Made by a program: the position numbers and the translations under genes | Part shown: piece after piece, positions 27,004 through 38,771 of the stretch | Position numbering within the stretch: the first letter of the stretch is position 1 | How the letters are laid out: the number at the start of each line of letters is the position of its first letter | The notes under the pieces: model-generated | Database searches by the model: none | What the model was told of the DNA's origin: nothing | What the model saw: only the letters and a program-made list of their open reading frames with translations | NCBI GenBank assembly: GCA_002633005.1 | Contig: NMRA01000213.1 | Span: forward strand, 266,376-330,375 | Source: Phoronis australis | Taxonomy: Eukaryota > Animalia > Phoronida | DNA length: 64,000 bases | Direction: 5' to 3'

Positions 27004-27479
27004 NGATTTTGAAGGGAGCTTCAAAAGAATAAAAACAAATACACTTTAATATTGATTAAAATACACATTTTCATTCTCATTCGATTATAAGTGGATGTTA
27101 GTTTACGTATTCTAACCATTTTCAATCACACAGTAATTTTATTGCACGTTGAACGTCATTAAAGTATGAATTCATCAGTGTTTACATTGTTCGGACTGCG
27201 CTCCTAAGTAAGTATTGATTATTCACCGCTTGGAGTGCTAGTGTTTCGACCGGTAACCATTGCGGCGAATGGTAAAATGGCGGAGTGAACTCTCCTATAC
27301 TCGTACACTCCTTGATCTTACCAATCAGAGAAGACTGCATCAGTGCCAAAGCATGCAGTAGGATACTCGCTGTACCAATGTTTCACAGGTCGGAGTGTCA
27401 CGTGTCGTCTCTGGTTCATAAACTCTGTATCTTGTTATGGCACGTGGCGTGACCATCGACCAACTATCAGCATAGCCAT

Positions 27480-28050
27480 ACGATCGTGATAAGGAAGAAT
27501 AGCACCAAACTCGTCCTTGAACTCCTGACATGTAGGACATGCGCTGGCACATAGGCCTACTGGTACAGCTTGAACATTCTGAGGTAAGATCGCACGCAAC
27601 CTTGTTGGTAACTCTAAAGTGAGTCGTGGTACTTGGAAATAAGTGGGACAATGGATTTTTCAGGTACAACAAGCTGAAAACAGAAGTGACTACTGATGGG
27701 CCGATTAATCTCAAAAATATACCATCACACAACACGTATTGCATGCGCGCACCCAAGGGGGCTCGTTCAAAAGAGCCCCCCTATTTGGCGAAGTGGGCAA
27801 CAAAAACTCCTAAAAAGTAGACAACGAGACACAAGTCCTCTAAAAAGGCAGGAACTACCAAAAATTGGAGAATGCACAATTCATCGCTCTTGAACTTACC
27901 CGTTTTTTGGTAAAAGGTCGCCACATTCTCAAAAATGCGAGCCCTCATTGTATAGGCTCGGTGGGCTCATGTATTGTTCTGATCTCGGCATAACTGATCC
28001 GGCTGATGTCTAGTCATTTTGCAAAATGCTGTTCGTGCGTCGGGCACGGG
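27480..28050 (-). pseudogene. Gypsy-like integrase H2C2 region relic, interrupted by a MITE
   Basis: After removing the MITE: EQYVLCDGIFLR...QLVVPEKSIVPLISKYHDSL*SYQQGCVRSYLRM...ACPTCQEFKD. Confidence 0.7.
27742..27971. mobile_element. GC-rich MITE, CATGCGCGCACCCA family, 5-bp TSD
   Basis: CATGCGCGCACCCAAG ... CTCGGTGGGCTCATG, with TATTG duplicated on both sides. Confidence 0.85.
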
Positions 28051-28667
28051 TATGACAGTACACGATGGAGCAGCGATCTGTTCCGGGGGCCACGCTGTGC
28101 TCAGCCCATTTTGAAGATTCGTCCTTCGATAAAGCCGCAAAAAACGGAAATTTGATGAAGGTGTCCAACTCATATATGTCAACGGATACGAGTATTACTT
28201 ATTTGCTACGCATTTTTACCGTTTCTGTAGTGCTACATGTACGGCGTATTTTTGATAACCAATACGCATCTTTGCTCGGCAGGGCCAAAGGAGTATAACA
28301 AAACTCACAGTTACTAAAGGTACGAGTCTCTAATAGCTAAGGTAAGTACATGTAGGTACATGCAATGCATTTTGACAGTTCACCAAATCTTGAGTCGTTT
28401 TCGTCAGTGCTACAGCTTGCTACGTTTTTTTTAAAGGCTATGGTTATAGCTAAAAAGTGTTAACATGTATGCCAACGTATAAGTGCAATTATTGGAGTAA
28501 TTTGTATTGTGTTTTGCCATTGCTGGGAACGTAGTTATCAGGCTTATCTTGAGTTTGAGCCTCAGCATCAAATTGTGACTGAAATAATGAATGTGATTGC
28601 CGTGGAGTTTCCATCAGTCTATTCTTGTTCAAGCTGGCACATAGGCTGGAGTCGAACACCAGACTGA

Positions 28668-30540
28668 AACTAGAAAGATTATTGTAATGGACTGGAATTG
28701 TTTTTTTGAAGTTACTGACAGCAACCCGTTTACCAATATGAAAAGGAATTCGTTAAAATTGTAGGAGAAATTACATGTTAATATTTTAATGACCTTTCCA
28801 CTATTTGACCTCTTCCGGTGCATTATGAATCCCGATCACGGAATATTTGTAAATACAATTGAAAGTGTGGTTAAAGCTAAGATTCACAGATGTTTTACTT
28901 TAAGCACTTCAGAATACAAGATGAATGAATTGGTCAAACTTTCAGAAGAAAAATGCACCTAATGACCCCATGGGTGCACCAAATGACCTGAAAATTTAGA
29001 ATTCAAACTCAATCGCATTTAGTAAACAGATATGTAATACTGAAGACTCCAGCTCAAATTTTCAGTTTGCACTCAATGACCTTTGACCTATTTTTCTGAT
29101 TGGTTAGGCCTATTGCGTAGTAAAGTAGGGTGTTCAATTGGCAAGTTGACTTACACCAGTGTTGTGAAATTGAAAAGAATTCCTTGAAAAACGTAACATA
29201 TAACGTTTTGAACGTTAGATGACCTTTGCACTAATTGATCCTATCCGGTGCATTATAAGCATCTTTAGTAGAATTATTGAAAAGCCCATGAAAAATTTGT
29301 TTAACAGTTGACACATCAGAATACTTGGTGAATGAAAACGTCAAATTTTCAGAAGAAAAATGGACCTAATGACCCCATGTTTACATTAAATGACCTGAAA
29401 ATTTGGACTCCGAATTGAATTACCTGTGCCAATCAGACCTGTGAATTTGAAGTGCCTAGTTCAAAATCTTAGTTTGTACCTTTGACCTGTTTAACCTGAT
29501 TGGATGACACGATTACTTAGAAAAGTTATTATTTAAATTGCCTTATAAACTTATACCTGTGTATCAAATTTGAAACGAATAGCTTTTAAAATAAAGAACG
29601 ATTAGCATTTTGAAAAGTAGATGACCTTTGCACTAAACGACCCTTTTCGGTGCAATATGGAATATGATTATATAACGAATCAAAATTCATATGCTGTCAA
29701 AAATAATATGCAGAATTTAAAGACCGTACCTGTACCCAATTTGGAGTTATTAGGCCTCACAGTTGGTCGGAAGAAGAATAAGAACTAGAAAAATTGTTGT
29801 CACGGCGTGACAATAACGGACTCTGCGCTTGCGTACATGTATTACTGGAATTATTATGGGAAGTTACTGACAGCAAACCGTTTACCAACAAAAAAAGGAA
29901 TTCTTTAAAATTGTAGGAGAATTTACATATTAATTTTTTGATGACGTTTCCACTAATTGTCCTCTTCCGGTGCATTATGAGCCCCGATGAGGGAGTAAGT
30001 GTTAACTCGATTAAAAGTGTGGTTAATGTTAATAATAATCACAGATGTTTTACTTTAAGCACTTCAGAATACAAGATGAATGAAGTGGTCAAGCTTTCAG
30101 AAGAAAAATGCACCTAATGACCCCATGGGTGCACCAAATGACCTGAAAATTTAGAATTCAAGCTTAATCGCACTTAGTAAACATATATGTAATTTTGAAG
30201 TCTCTAGATCAAAAATTTAATTTGCACTCAATGACCTTTGACCTATTTTTTCTGATTGCATGGTTAGGCCTATTGCGAAATAAAGTAGGGTATTCAATTG
30301 GCATGTTGACTTACACCAGTGTGCTGCAATTGAAAAGAATTCCTTGAAAAACGTAAGAGATATAACATTTTGAACGTTACATGACCTTTGCACTAATTGA
30401 CATTATCCGGTGCATTTTAAGCATCTTTAGGAGAATTATTGCAAAGCCAATGGAAAATGTGGTTAACGCTAAAATCACTGTTGTCTAACGGTTCACACAT
30501 CAGAATACTTGCTGATTGAAAAGGTGAAATTTTCTGAAGC
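28668..30540. repeat. tandem dimer of a ~1.1-kb ATGACCTTTG-rich repeat with internal subrepeats
   Basis: Units begin ACTAGAAA at ~28669 and ~29783. 28710-29350 aligns to 29862-30535. The motif ATGACCTTTGCACTAA...CCGGTGCA recurs about every 420 bp. Confidence 0.8.
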
Positions 30541-30912
30541 GTCACGCGCTTCGCTCAGTCTCGCGCTAACGTTTGCCTAACTCACGTGATTCAGTTGACA
30601 TGCTTTGTGGTTATCGCATACGCGGTGATTAACGGCAATCAAAAAAGTGGAGTTGTAATTCTTCGCCAAAGTAAACTTAATTCTCACAACTAAGCTTCAT
30701 CAAAGATATGTATAGAAGTAGAAAGGACCAATGATGAAAGTAAGCGTTTTTTTAAATGATAGTTTTAAGTGTAGAATGTATTTTTGACGAGGTGAAAACT
30801 CGAAATCGGTAACCCAAATCCGTTCACGGCCCGTTTAATATACACTGAAGTAACGAAATGAGTACAGAAAGCGAATGGAAGTATTTTAGCCCCTATAAAG
30901 CGAACCGAGCGG

Positions 30913-31126
30913 CTACATGTACGTGCTGCCTACTAGATACCCCCGCGTTGGTCTGAATGCGCTAAATCTCCCCTTACTCCCAGCTCTCCTAATGTTGTTT
31001 ATCCATTTTTCACGAAGTTCTTGGTTTGCCGGGAACACATAAAAACTCAGATTTTTATCTCTCTTATTGTTTTTGAAGCAGCCAGGAACACAACAAGTGT
31101 ATCCGCCGTAGGTGAAACGGTGACAT
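30913..31126 (-). pseudogene. THAP-domain relic (Harbinger/ISL2EU-type transposase N-terminus)
   Basis: YGGYTCCVPGCFKNNKRDKNLSFYVFPANQELREKWINNIRRAGSKGRFSAFRPTRGYLVGST, broken at TACATGTA. Not in the supplied ORF track. Confidence 0.8.
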
Positions 31127-31979
31127 ATTATCAGTTCAACGAGATGATTTCATTGTGGAAAAGATTTTGTTTTTAAGGTTCATAACCGATTTATGCGATC
31201 GTCCATTTTAGGCTGAATTGGGGGTCACCCTCTCAAAAAAATCAAAACTAGGCAACGCAGAAAAAAAAGCAAGACGGTGCCTGACATTGGATGCATTACA
31301 GCAGAACAAATATTAATTGGTGTCATTTAATTCTCAGATTATGCTTCAATTAAGATTTTATGAAAAGTCCGATATCTAGGGTCCGTCCGATAATTAGGTA
31401 CACTATGTGTACATTATTTGCTGTGTAAGCAGGGAATTAAGATTAGTGAGACGGACACCTGGAGCGTGTGTTACCGCAAACAAGAGACATTGGTACAGAT
31501 TTTTATTATTGTTATGCCACTAAAAATGGACTCTGGAAAAATAATATTCAGAACGGTGAGGTAATGTTATTTTGAACACCTGTTGCATAGTTGTCAACAT
31601 CCAAAATGAAAAAAAATGTATAAGTGAATTGAAAAGCAAACACCAGGATAAAAAAGCTGGACATCTACATCTATGCCAAAACGCGAGGGCGAAATGTTCA
31701 GTACCTTGAGAAATCTGTCAAATTCCACCAAAGTGGGAAACACCCGTCGTCACAATCGATAGTGGTTGTGGAAATGCCCTCACAGCTAGGGGAAAGTTAA
31801 TAAATCTTTAGTAGACGGTGCGCGACGGCATTTTCGTCAGGAATTGTTTGAAAGATATTTTGATGGGCTTTCGCGTCCCATACCTATTTAAGAATGGCCT
31901 CAAGTTACATTACAAAATCAATCGATACAATGTTCATCCATGATTTCCGTGTGACGTTATCGTGCACATTACAGAACAG

Positions 31980-32218
31980 GATCCCGTTCTAAGAAAACTG
32001 ACTTTGCTATCTTAAATTTCAGTCAATTTTAAAATCAAACTAAATTTGTCTCAAGTCCATTTCATGAACTAGATCTTAAGATTGACTTAAATTTTTGACT
32101 TAAATGTTGTCTTAATTTTGAATAGGCCTAACCTACCGTGTGTGGAAATTTCAAAGTTTGGAAGGTGAAACAAATCTTAGTCAAAAATGAACTTAAGTCA
32201 GTTTCTTGGTACGGGCCC
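31980..32218. mobile_element. Harbinger-like MITE
   Basis: GATCCCGTTCTAAGAAAACTGACTT / AAGTCAGTTTCTTGGTACGGGCCC, with CAG on both flanks. Confidence 0.65.
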
Positions 32219-33865
32219 CAGTTCTTATGATGGGTTTTGCCAAACAGAACACACAACAATGGATTTATCACCTTTTCTTCACTCTGTCGAAAACTGTTTG
32301 CAGTTTTTAAAAGTTTTGAGTCATATTACACCCAGCCCTGAGATGAGCACGGAAACGTTATTCTGTCCTTGTATGTTTGGCCTTTTCATTCCTATAGAAA
32401 AGCCAGAGCAAAAACACAAAGTTGGCGCTTTTCACCTCAAAACTACCACCTCCTTGCCGATGCGCAACATAAGTTTAAATTGTAAAAGTAACTTTTCAAA
32501 AATGTGGATCAAAAGTGCTGTCAACCAACTGCTCTGTTTGGAATTCTGGCTTGTTCAAGGGCTACCCCTGAAATCAGAGCCGATTTCTCGGCAAAGCGTA
32601 AATGCAACAGGAGCCCGCCATTTTGAAAAAGTGCATACTCTGCAGCCACGATGTGGTGTTATCTCATTCACGACATGTCCACAAATACAAAGACATCAGA
32701 CTCACTGAGCCAGCATGCAAAACCTACTTCAAATTTGCCCCTGCACCTGGCCTACCCCTAGAATTTATTTTTGGGACTGTTCAACGCCATCTGAAGTAAT
32801 ATCACCTTACAACGAATTCCGTAGGCAAACCATATTCCGGGTTTTAGAATATATAATTCTATCACACTTCGAGTCAGTGTGGTGTTGTCATTGATGTAAT
32901 GGCACTCGTCTGCAGCCATCACATCTCGTGTTCATTAATCAAAATACGTCCTAAACAGTTGAGTTTACACCCTTCAAGCTAAGAACTAGAACTGATTGGC
33001 TAAAATTCGGTTGTGCAAGAACTGAAATCAGTTTTCCTCTAAACTGTGTATGCGTCAACTGGGAACCATTAAAACGTGAACTCAACCAATCTTGATTTTA
33101 AACAAAGGTTTGAAATTTTTCGTTCGTGAACAAGGTCAGATAAAACCTGTATTTTTCAACAGATAATCAGTCTTTGCATCAATGATTCCAACGATCATGT
33201 CTAGTGTTAAGACAGATTCATTGAGCTTGCACTTAATGTTTATTTTGATGCGCCAGGTTCAAAGACAACCAACCATAGAAATCCAGGCAAGGAATGCCAA
33301 CCCCCGCAAGTGACTCATGTGTCCTAGTTACACTGGGCTGGCGACTCCGCGAGAGTTGGCCTTGACGGTCCGTTAGACTGTTTAATCAAACGTTGTAGTT
33401 ATCAAATCAAGCCTGCATTCACATGCTTCACTTTTAATTCGTAAGTTTTGTTCATAATGTAATCAACAAGCGAGACAACTGCAGGCTCGGTTTCAGACAA
33501 CCAGCGATGTCTCAACAAAATTAGTCAACAAACACGGCAATTGCGCTCATCATTCTTTTAATACGCACCGATCTGTGGCCCCTGGGTAGATGCCGGGAAC
33601 AAGCTGGTCTTTGATATCTTTTTAGCTTCAGTCTTAGAGCCACATTCGACAACCTATCAGACTACATGCTACATGTAGCAGTTTTTCAAGAAGACATTTT
33701 TGGGTATTTTGATCAATTTTACATTGTCTTAAACGGAAAGTAGTGATATTAGTTTCTGAGTGTTTGTTCTGCAATAATACATGAACATGAAGCCCTCTAT
33801 TAACAGGTGCATTACAGTAGCTTTCGCTAAACCACTCGTGTACTGTATAGTTGCGTAGCTAATTA

Positions 33866-33867
33866 TG

Positions 33868-33899
<32 letters not shown>

Positions 33900-33918
33900 T
33901 GCGTGCGTTTGCGTGTGT
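33866..33918. repeat. (GT)n/(GCGT)n microsatellite
   Basis: Directly visible. Confidence 0.95.
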
Positions 33919-34856
33919 TTCTACTGTTTCGTATTGCTTCTACGATAAGTCGTTTGCCCAATGTTTACTTGGTCCCAAGATGTATTAGTTCGATTTCCGA
34001 GCAGTAAATTTATGTACAGCATTTACCTAAAGTCATAAAAAAGTTTTACCTCGTAAAAGAATCCATTACTTAGTGTTACCAACAGTGCACTTTCCATATG
34101 TCCAGGTCTTAGCGGTACTGTCCTACGTTTGAATGATTTCTCCCGCCACACCATCAAAATGTCTCGTTTTCTACACCTTGCGAAATTGACTTACACCGCT
34201 ACAATTTCCCACGCGATATAGACAAGCCCTATTTTCCCGTTCGACCAAAAGAAATTATTCTGAACGTTCAGTTGTTTCAGCGATACCCAGTGCTGTAGTG
34301 GTAAAATTAGAGGTAAGTAGACGTCCATATCCCGCCGTATCACCTTCAGCAATGAATTTTAAAAGTGCAGTGAATTCGCAAAACCTGACTCATAAACTTG
34401 TGGGCCTATTTTTGATTCACGAGTGGGTATTTAATTCGAGTCTGAAGTGGCAAGGATATCGCAGAAAGGGGCCCCAACCACACATATAGGAAGACAAATG
34501 TATATGTGTATTCCAAGCGGTCTCTGAGGGTGTTTCAAACACAATTATCAAGGAAAATTGGCGCGTAACGCCCAGAAACGATATGCTGGAGGCGTTTTTT
34601 TATTCGCCCGTGGGGTATGTCCTCGGAGCCCTTTAATCATCTGTTACCATCCGATTCATTTCGCTGAATCCTCGTTCACATTCAGCGGTACTGCATGGAA
34701 GAGTCTTAAAGAGAAAGCCTCCCGATCTGCTTTTTTACCGTCTTAATCGGTCTATATCCACATCGCCTCGCACACGGTCAACCTTACCTTAGGTGTCGCG
34801 TTAACCTGTAACGGAGATGAGACACGACACAGCGACGTCAGTGGTTCATCTGCAGA

Positions 34857-35090
34857 GTGAATGCCGCTATTTTGCACTGCATCGTTCCCGCTTGCCCGAT
34901 CTATGGAGCTGCGAAGAAAGCAGGTATAACGTTTTTTCGACTTCCTCGAGAACCCGAATTGCTTACGAAGTGGCTCGCAGTAGTGAACAATGAAAAGTAC
35001 GCTGTTATTAGCAAGTATGAGTCTGTGAAACATCTCCGTGTCTTTGGCTGACATTTCGTCGACAATGATTTCTCTGACGAATTCCGGCTT
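34857..35090 (+). pseudogene. THAP zinc-finger relic
   Basis: HCIVPACPIY...ITFFRLPREPELLTKWL...KHLRVFG*HFVDNDF. Copy 1 retains LRVCVRHF. Confidence 0.8.
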
Positions 35091-35261
35091 CACCAAAGAA
35101 CTATCCATACGTTCCGTTGCCTGTGCATGTTCACGGAGCCTCTCTAGTATTTCTTGATCAGTGAATTCCGGATCGAACTGATAGCCTGTGAAACCTAACG
35201 ATCCACCTGTAAAGTCTTCGTCCGATGAGCTCTCGTCTAAGTCAGGATTGCGAGTTGCCAT
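35090..35261 (-). pseudogene. N-terminal head of a KolX/P2X7-C-terminal-like protein
   Basis: MATRNPDLDESSSDEDFTGGSLGFTGYQFDPEFTDQEILER has an acidic leader and a YxF(D/E)P motif parallel to GYMFEPEYNEAE at 40975. Confidence 0.65.
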
Positions 35262-38086
35262 GCTGACGTTTTTAATTCTGCGTTGAAAAGAATTATTCTC
35301 ATCCTAACCATTGCTTATATAAAACTGAAACAAAGTCTGTCTCATTAGATACAATTTGTAATGCCTTTGGAGTATTCGTGAGTGCAAATTTTTTGAGAAG
35401 CCAGCAATGAATAAACCACTGTGTTACCGGCTTTAGATGCAATAAAGATATTTGACCGGGCACCGAGGCTGTGTGAGCGCATGCTAATTCAGTGTTCTTG
35501 CTTACAGAAAGCTGTAAGTTGTGAAAAAATAACTCGATCTTATATACTTTGATCACATGTTTGGGGAATCTTTGTTTAGATATACAAATACATTATTCAA
35601 ATCATTGGTATCGTACAACTTTTTTTCCAGACGGTTCTATGGAAGGGCAACCTCAGTGACTTGACGACGTATGTAGATTTTCAGTTTCGTGGCTAATTCA
35701 CCAAAATGATTACGTGCACATTATTTCTTTGGCCCACTATTATAGTTTTTTCGTGACTAGAGTTTAGTTTCCAACTTAAGCTGGTTTATGTTCGTGATGT
35801 CTAATCCCACCGGCGGCCGCGACGGGCCTGATAGGGTTCCGAGTCACTAAGCGTTTTGTGTGTTTAGAACTGAAAAAATCGCAAATCTAAGATTACAACA
35901 CACAGCTATGTTTAGAACTGAAAAAATCGCAAATCTAAGATTACAACACACAGCTATGTTCTCCTGTCTGTATTTCACGGAAAATGATTGGAATTTATCA
36001 CGAAACAGACCCAAACTCCTGCGATCAACCATTTTAAATAGGCCTACCGAACTCTGTAGGCTACGGTACGTTCAAATAAATGTACATAGCCTATAAATCC
36101 GTAACAGTGAAATAAAACAACACGTTTGTTCAATAAATCGATGTTTTTGTAAGGGTTTACATCTAATTTTCATGATTTATTCGTGTAAAACGATAAATTA
36201 AGCGATAAGTTGACACCAGTAAGCGTGTTGTGAACGGCTGAACAGACTGCGTTCGAACTGATTACGTCATTGGTTAATTTCAACACCTTCGTCTGCCGTC
36301 AGGTAAAACAACTAAACTTGCTGTAATGGAGTGGAACTACTCAACCTATATTGATCTACATGCTCTTATTTATTATTTCTATACTTTTGTTTATGCGGTG
36401 AGTATTATATATTATTCATATTTATTTCAGCAACAAGAACTATGATATAAATATTACGTAATAGATGATAAAATATTATGCTAAAATATTATATAAATTA
36501 CTGTTGTATTTACTTGATTCTGTAGCTATACTTAGAAAACCATGTGGAATTTTCATTTTATTGAATTCAGGCGGTTGCTTTCATACCAGTCTTAGCCCTG
36601 GCAAAGACTTAGTCAATTACAATTAAATGTTATAATAATTAAATATTATCATAATGGCATACTTCCACGTAAATACAGATGATGTTTCCTCAAGATTGAT
36701 ATTGTATTATATTGCTATGCTTACAAAGGGATCTGAAAAATGTTGTTATTCATTTGAATGGCATTTACTTTCATTCTAGTGTTATTGCATCACAATAATT
36801 ATCTTATTGGCCATAACGTCATCAAAAATTATGTTTTGCTCAAGTAAATTATAAATAAAAATTCATCAAAATTGGTTTTATGTCTAAAAAACCTGTTTTT
36901 ATTCAAGTTAGTTACACTGTTCACCACAGGCTCAGACCTGGTTTGAGGGTCTCCGAATACAACTTGGTCTCCAGCTAATAGGTGACGCTATTCCAAAATG
37001 TGTGACTAGGCAAATTACACTGGGACGGCCATCTTGGGATGTAGTATCTTTGACCTAGGTGCGACCATGGTAACGAAACCCGCGCGAGATCGAAGTTGGC
37101 ATTACATTCCATAGAGTTCTGTGGCTTGCACGAAGCCGACTTGGTGGAGACGGCCTCTGGTTGGAAAGTGTCGTGCGTCAATTGAATTTGGCCATCAATT
37201 ACGAGGCAATCAGAGCGTACAGCCTCTCGTTCGTTTTTGGCCTATGATGACAAGTTGGTTAACTACAATGAGTGTCGAAACATACTTGTAACGGCTGAGA
37301 ATGTATGACTCTTCATCCTAGATAACACGTGGACGTCTGGTTAAAAGCATGTTCCCAAGATACGAGCGATTCTCCAATAATCATTCAGGCGTAAGAAGGT
37401 AAACATTTGCCGATCGATCGTACAGCAAGACAGTGGTCATTGAGTGAACGGCCACAGTAGAGGTAAGTGATTAAAATATTCGATGTATACTTTTACGTTT
37501 ATTTACCACACTCGGAAAATATATCTATTGTCTCATATCTCTGTTAAACAAGACAAGGATCGGATTTGGCGTTAAATTCGTTGTATGGTCTTGCATTTAA
37601 TAATGAATTGTTCACGGTAATGTTACGGGAACTGAACATAAATTTCGTCGACGTGTTCAAATTATGTTGAGGATGATCAACATAATTTAAAAATTGTCTC
37701 CAGAACCATGGTATGTGTTAATACTAACTCAACGCGTATATATGCATGTTTCATTCCATGTCATTCGCTGTATTTTAAATTGAGTAAATGCATATGGGGG
37801 TTACACCATCGCCTGTGCGAGCTTGCGGTATACATGCCTGAGAGTCCATATGAGCGACTTTGGTTTACTTTAAAACTTATAATTGGCAACAATCACGTAT
37901 ATTATGAAAGATGGTATGCTGAGGATGTTGTGTGTATTTATGATTTGTTGAAATACGGGTAGTTTGATGTCTGAACCTCACGATCGAGCGTTTACTATTT
38001 AGGTGACAGGTGTTATCTTCAGGGATTTGAGAGCCAGACATGCGATTAATCTCATTATAAGAGACAAATAAAACGAGTGTGATTTG

Positions 38087-38771
38087 ATGAACGTTTATTT
38101 ATGAAGGTTTGTTAGCAATTTCTGGGTTACGGCTCTACGTCAAAGTGGTAGCAGGTCCAGATGGGTACAGGGTACAAAGAAAATGCTGTTGGTATTTATG
38201 TTGTGTGCCAGGTGGATACAACAGAAGGAATGAAAACGTTGGGTATTGGCCGAATGCCAACCGTGACAAAATGGAGTCCAGCAAAACGGCAAATATGACT
38301 TGAAAAACCAAACGGGTAGGCCTACGCAAACTGCCATATGGGCTAAAGTTTAATACACAGTACAAGATAGATAGGTTACATGTACTGTAGCCGCCAACTG
38401 GGCTACTATAACAATACAGAGAACGCGAGTTCCAGTGAGTGAGCAAAGTGTGATAATATTGATTTGCCCAGTTACAGTCTTCTTGGGTGACCGGTGATGT
38501 CACAGTCACGTGGCAGTCGTCTGAAGGTGCAGAAGACCGAAAATGTATTAAGATTGAGCTTCCTTGACGGGTGTATTTTTCACATTTTTTCTACATGCAA
38601 TATACACAATATATCAGTTGTTAGTCGCGGTGGCGTAGGCCTACCTAAAATAACCGACCGCCAAGTACTAATACTCCTTGTTCGGATTTCCTGTGCGTGG
38701 AAAACTGGACTACAAAGAGTGGTTACTCGCTGGTTCCCTCCCTCACCAAACACATGAGCACTACTTCTACA
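38087..38771 (-). mobile_element. possible LTR with adjacent polypurine tract
   Basis: The minus strand reads GAGGGTAA|TGTAGAAG... and ends AATAAACGTTCATCAAATCACA. No second copy or TSD seen. Confidence 0.3.

Larger units (their letters stand above)
34710..36350 (-). mobile_element. non-autonomous Kolobok-type transposon, family B copy 2 (inverted, one end lost)
   Basis: Colinear reverse-complement similarity to 10290-11959. Starts TTAA|AGAGAAAGCCTCCCGAT. Carries a THAP relic (+) and a KolX-like head (-). Confidence 0.85.

Noticed and set aside
27340-27756. 138-aa Cys-rich ORF (kringle-like RVWCY)
   Set aside because: An alternative frame gives a Gypsy integrase H2C2 pattern, and the ORF starts inside a MITE.
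28065-28298. THAP gene (LCSAHFEDSSF)
   Set aside because: Only the C-terminal motif is present; an isolated fragment with no definable element.
32187-32708. 173-aa ORF as a host gene
   Set aside because: It starts inside a MITE TIR and has no recognisable motif or exon structure.
34752-35261. 169-aa ORF as a complete protein
   Set aside because: Only the first ~55 residues look coding; the rest is antisense read-through of the THAP relic.
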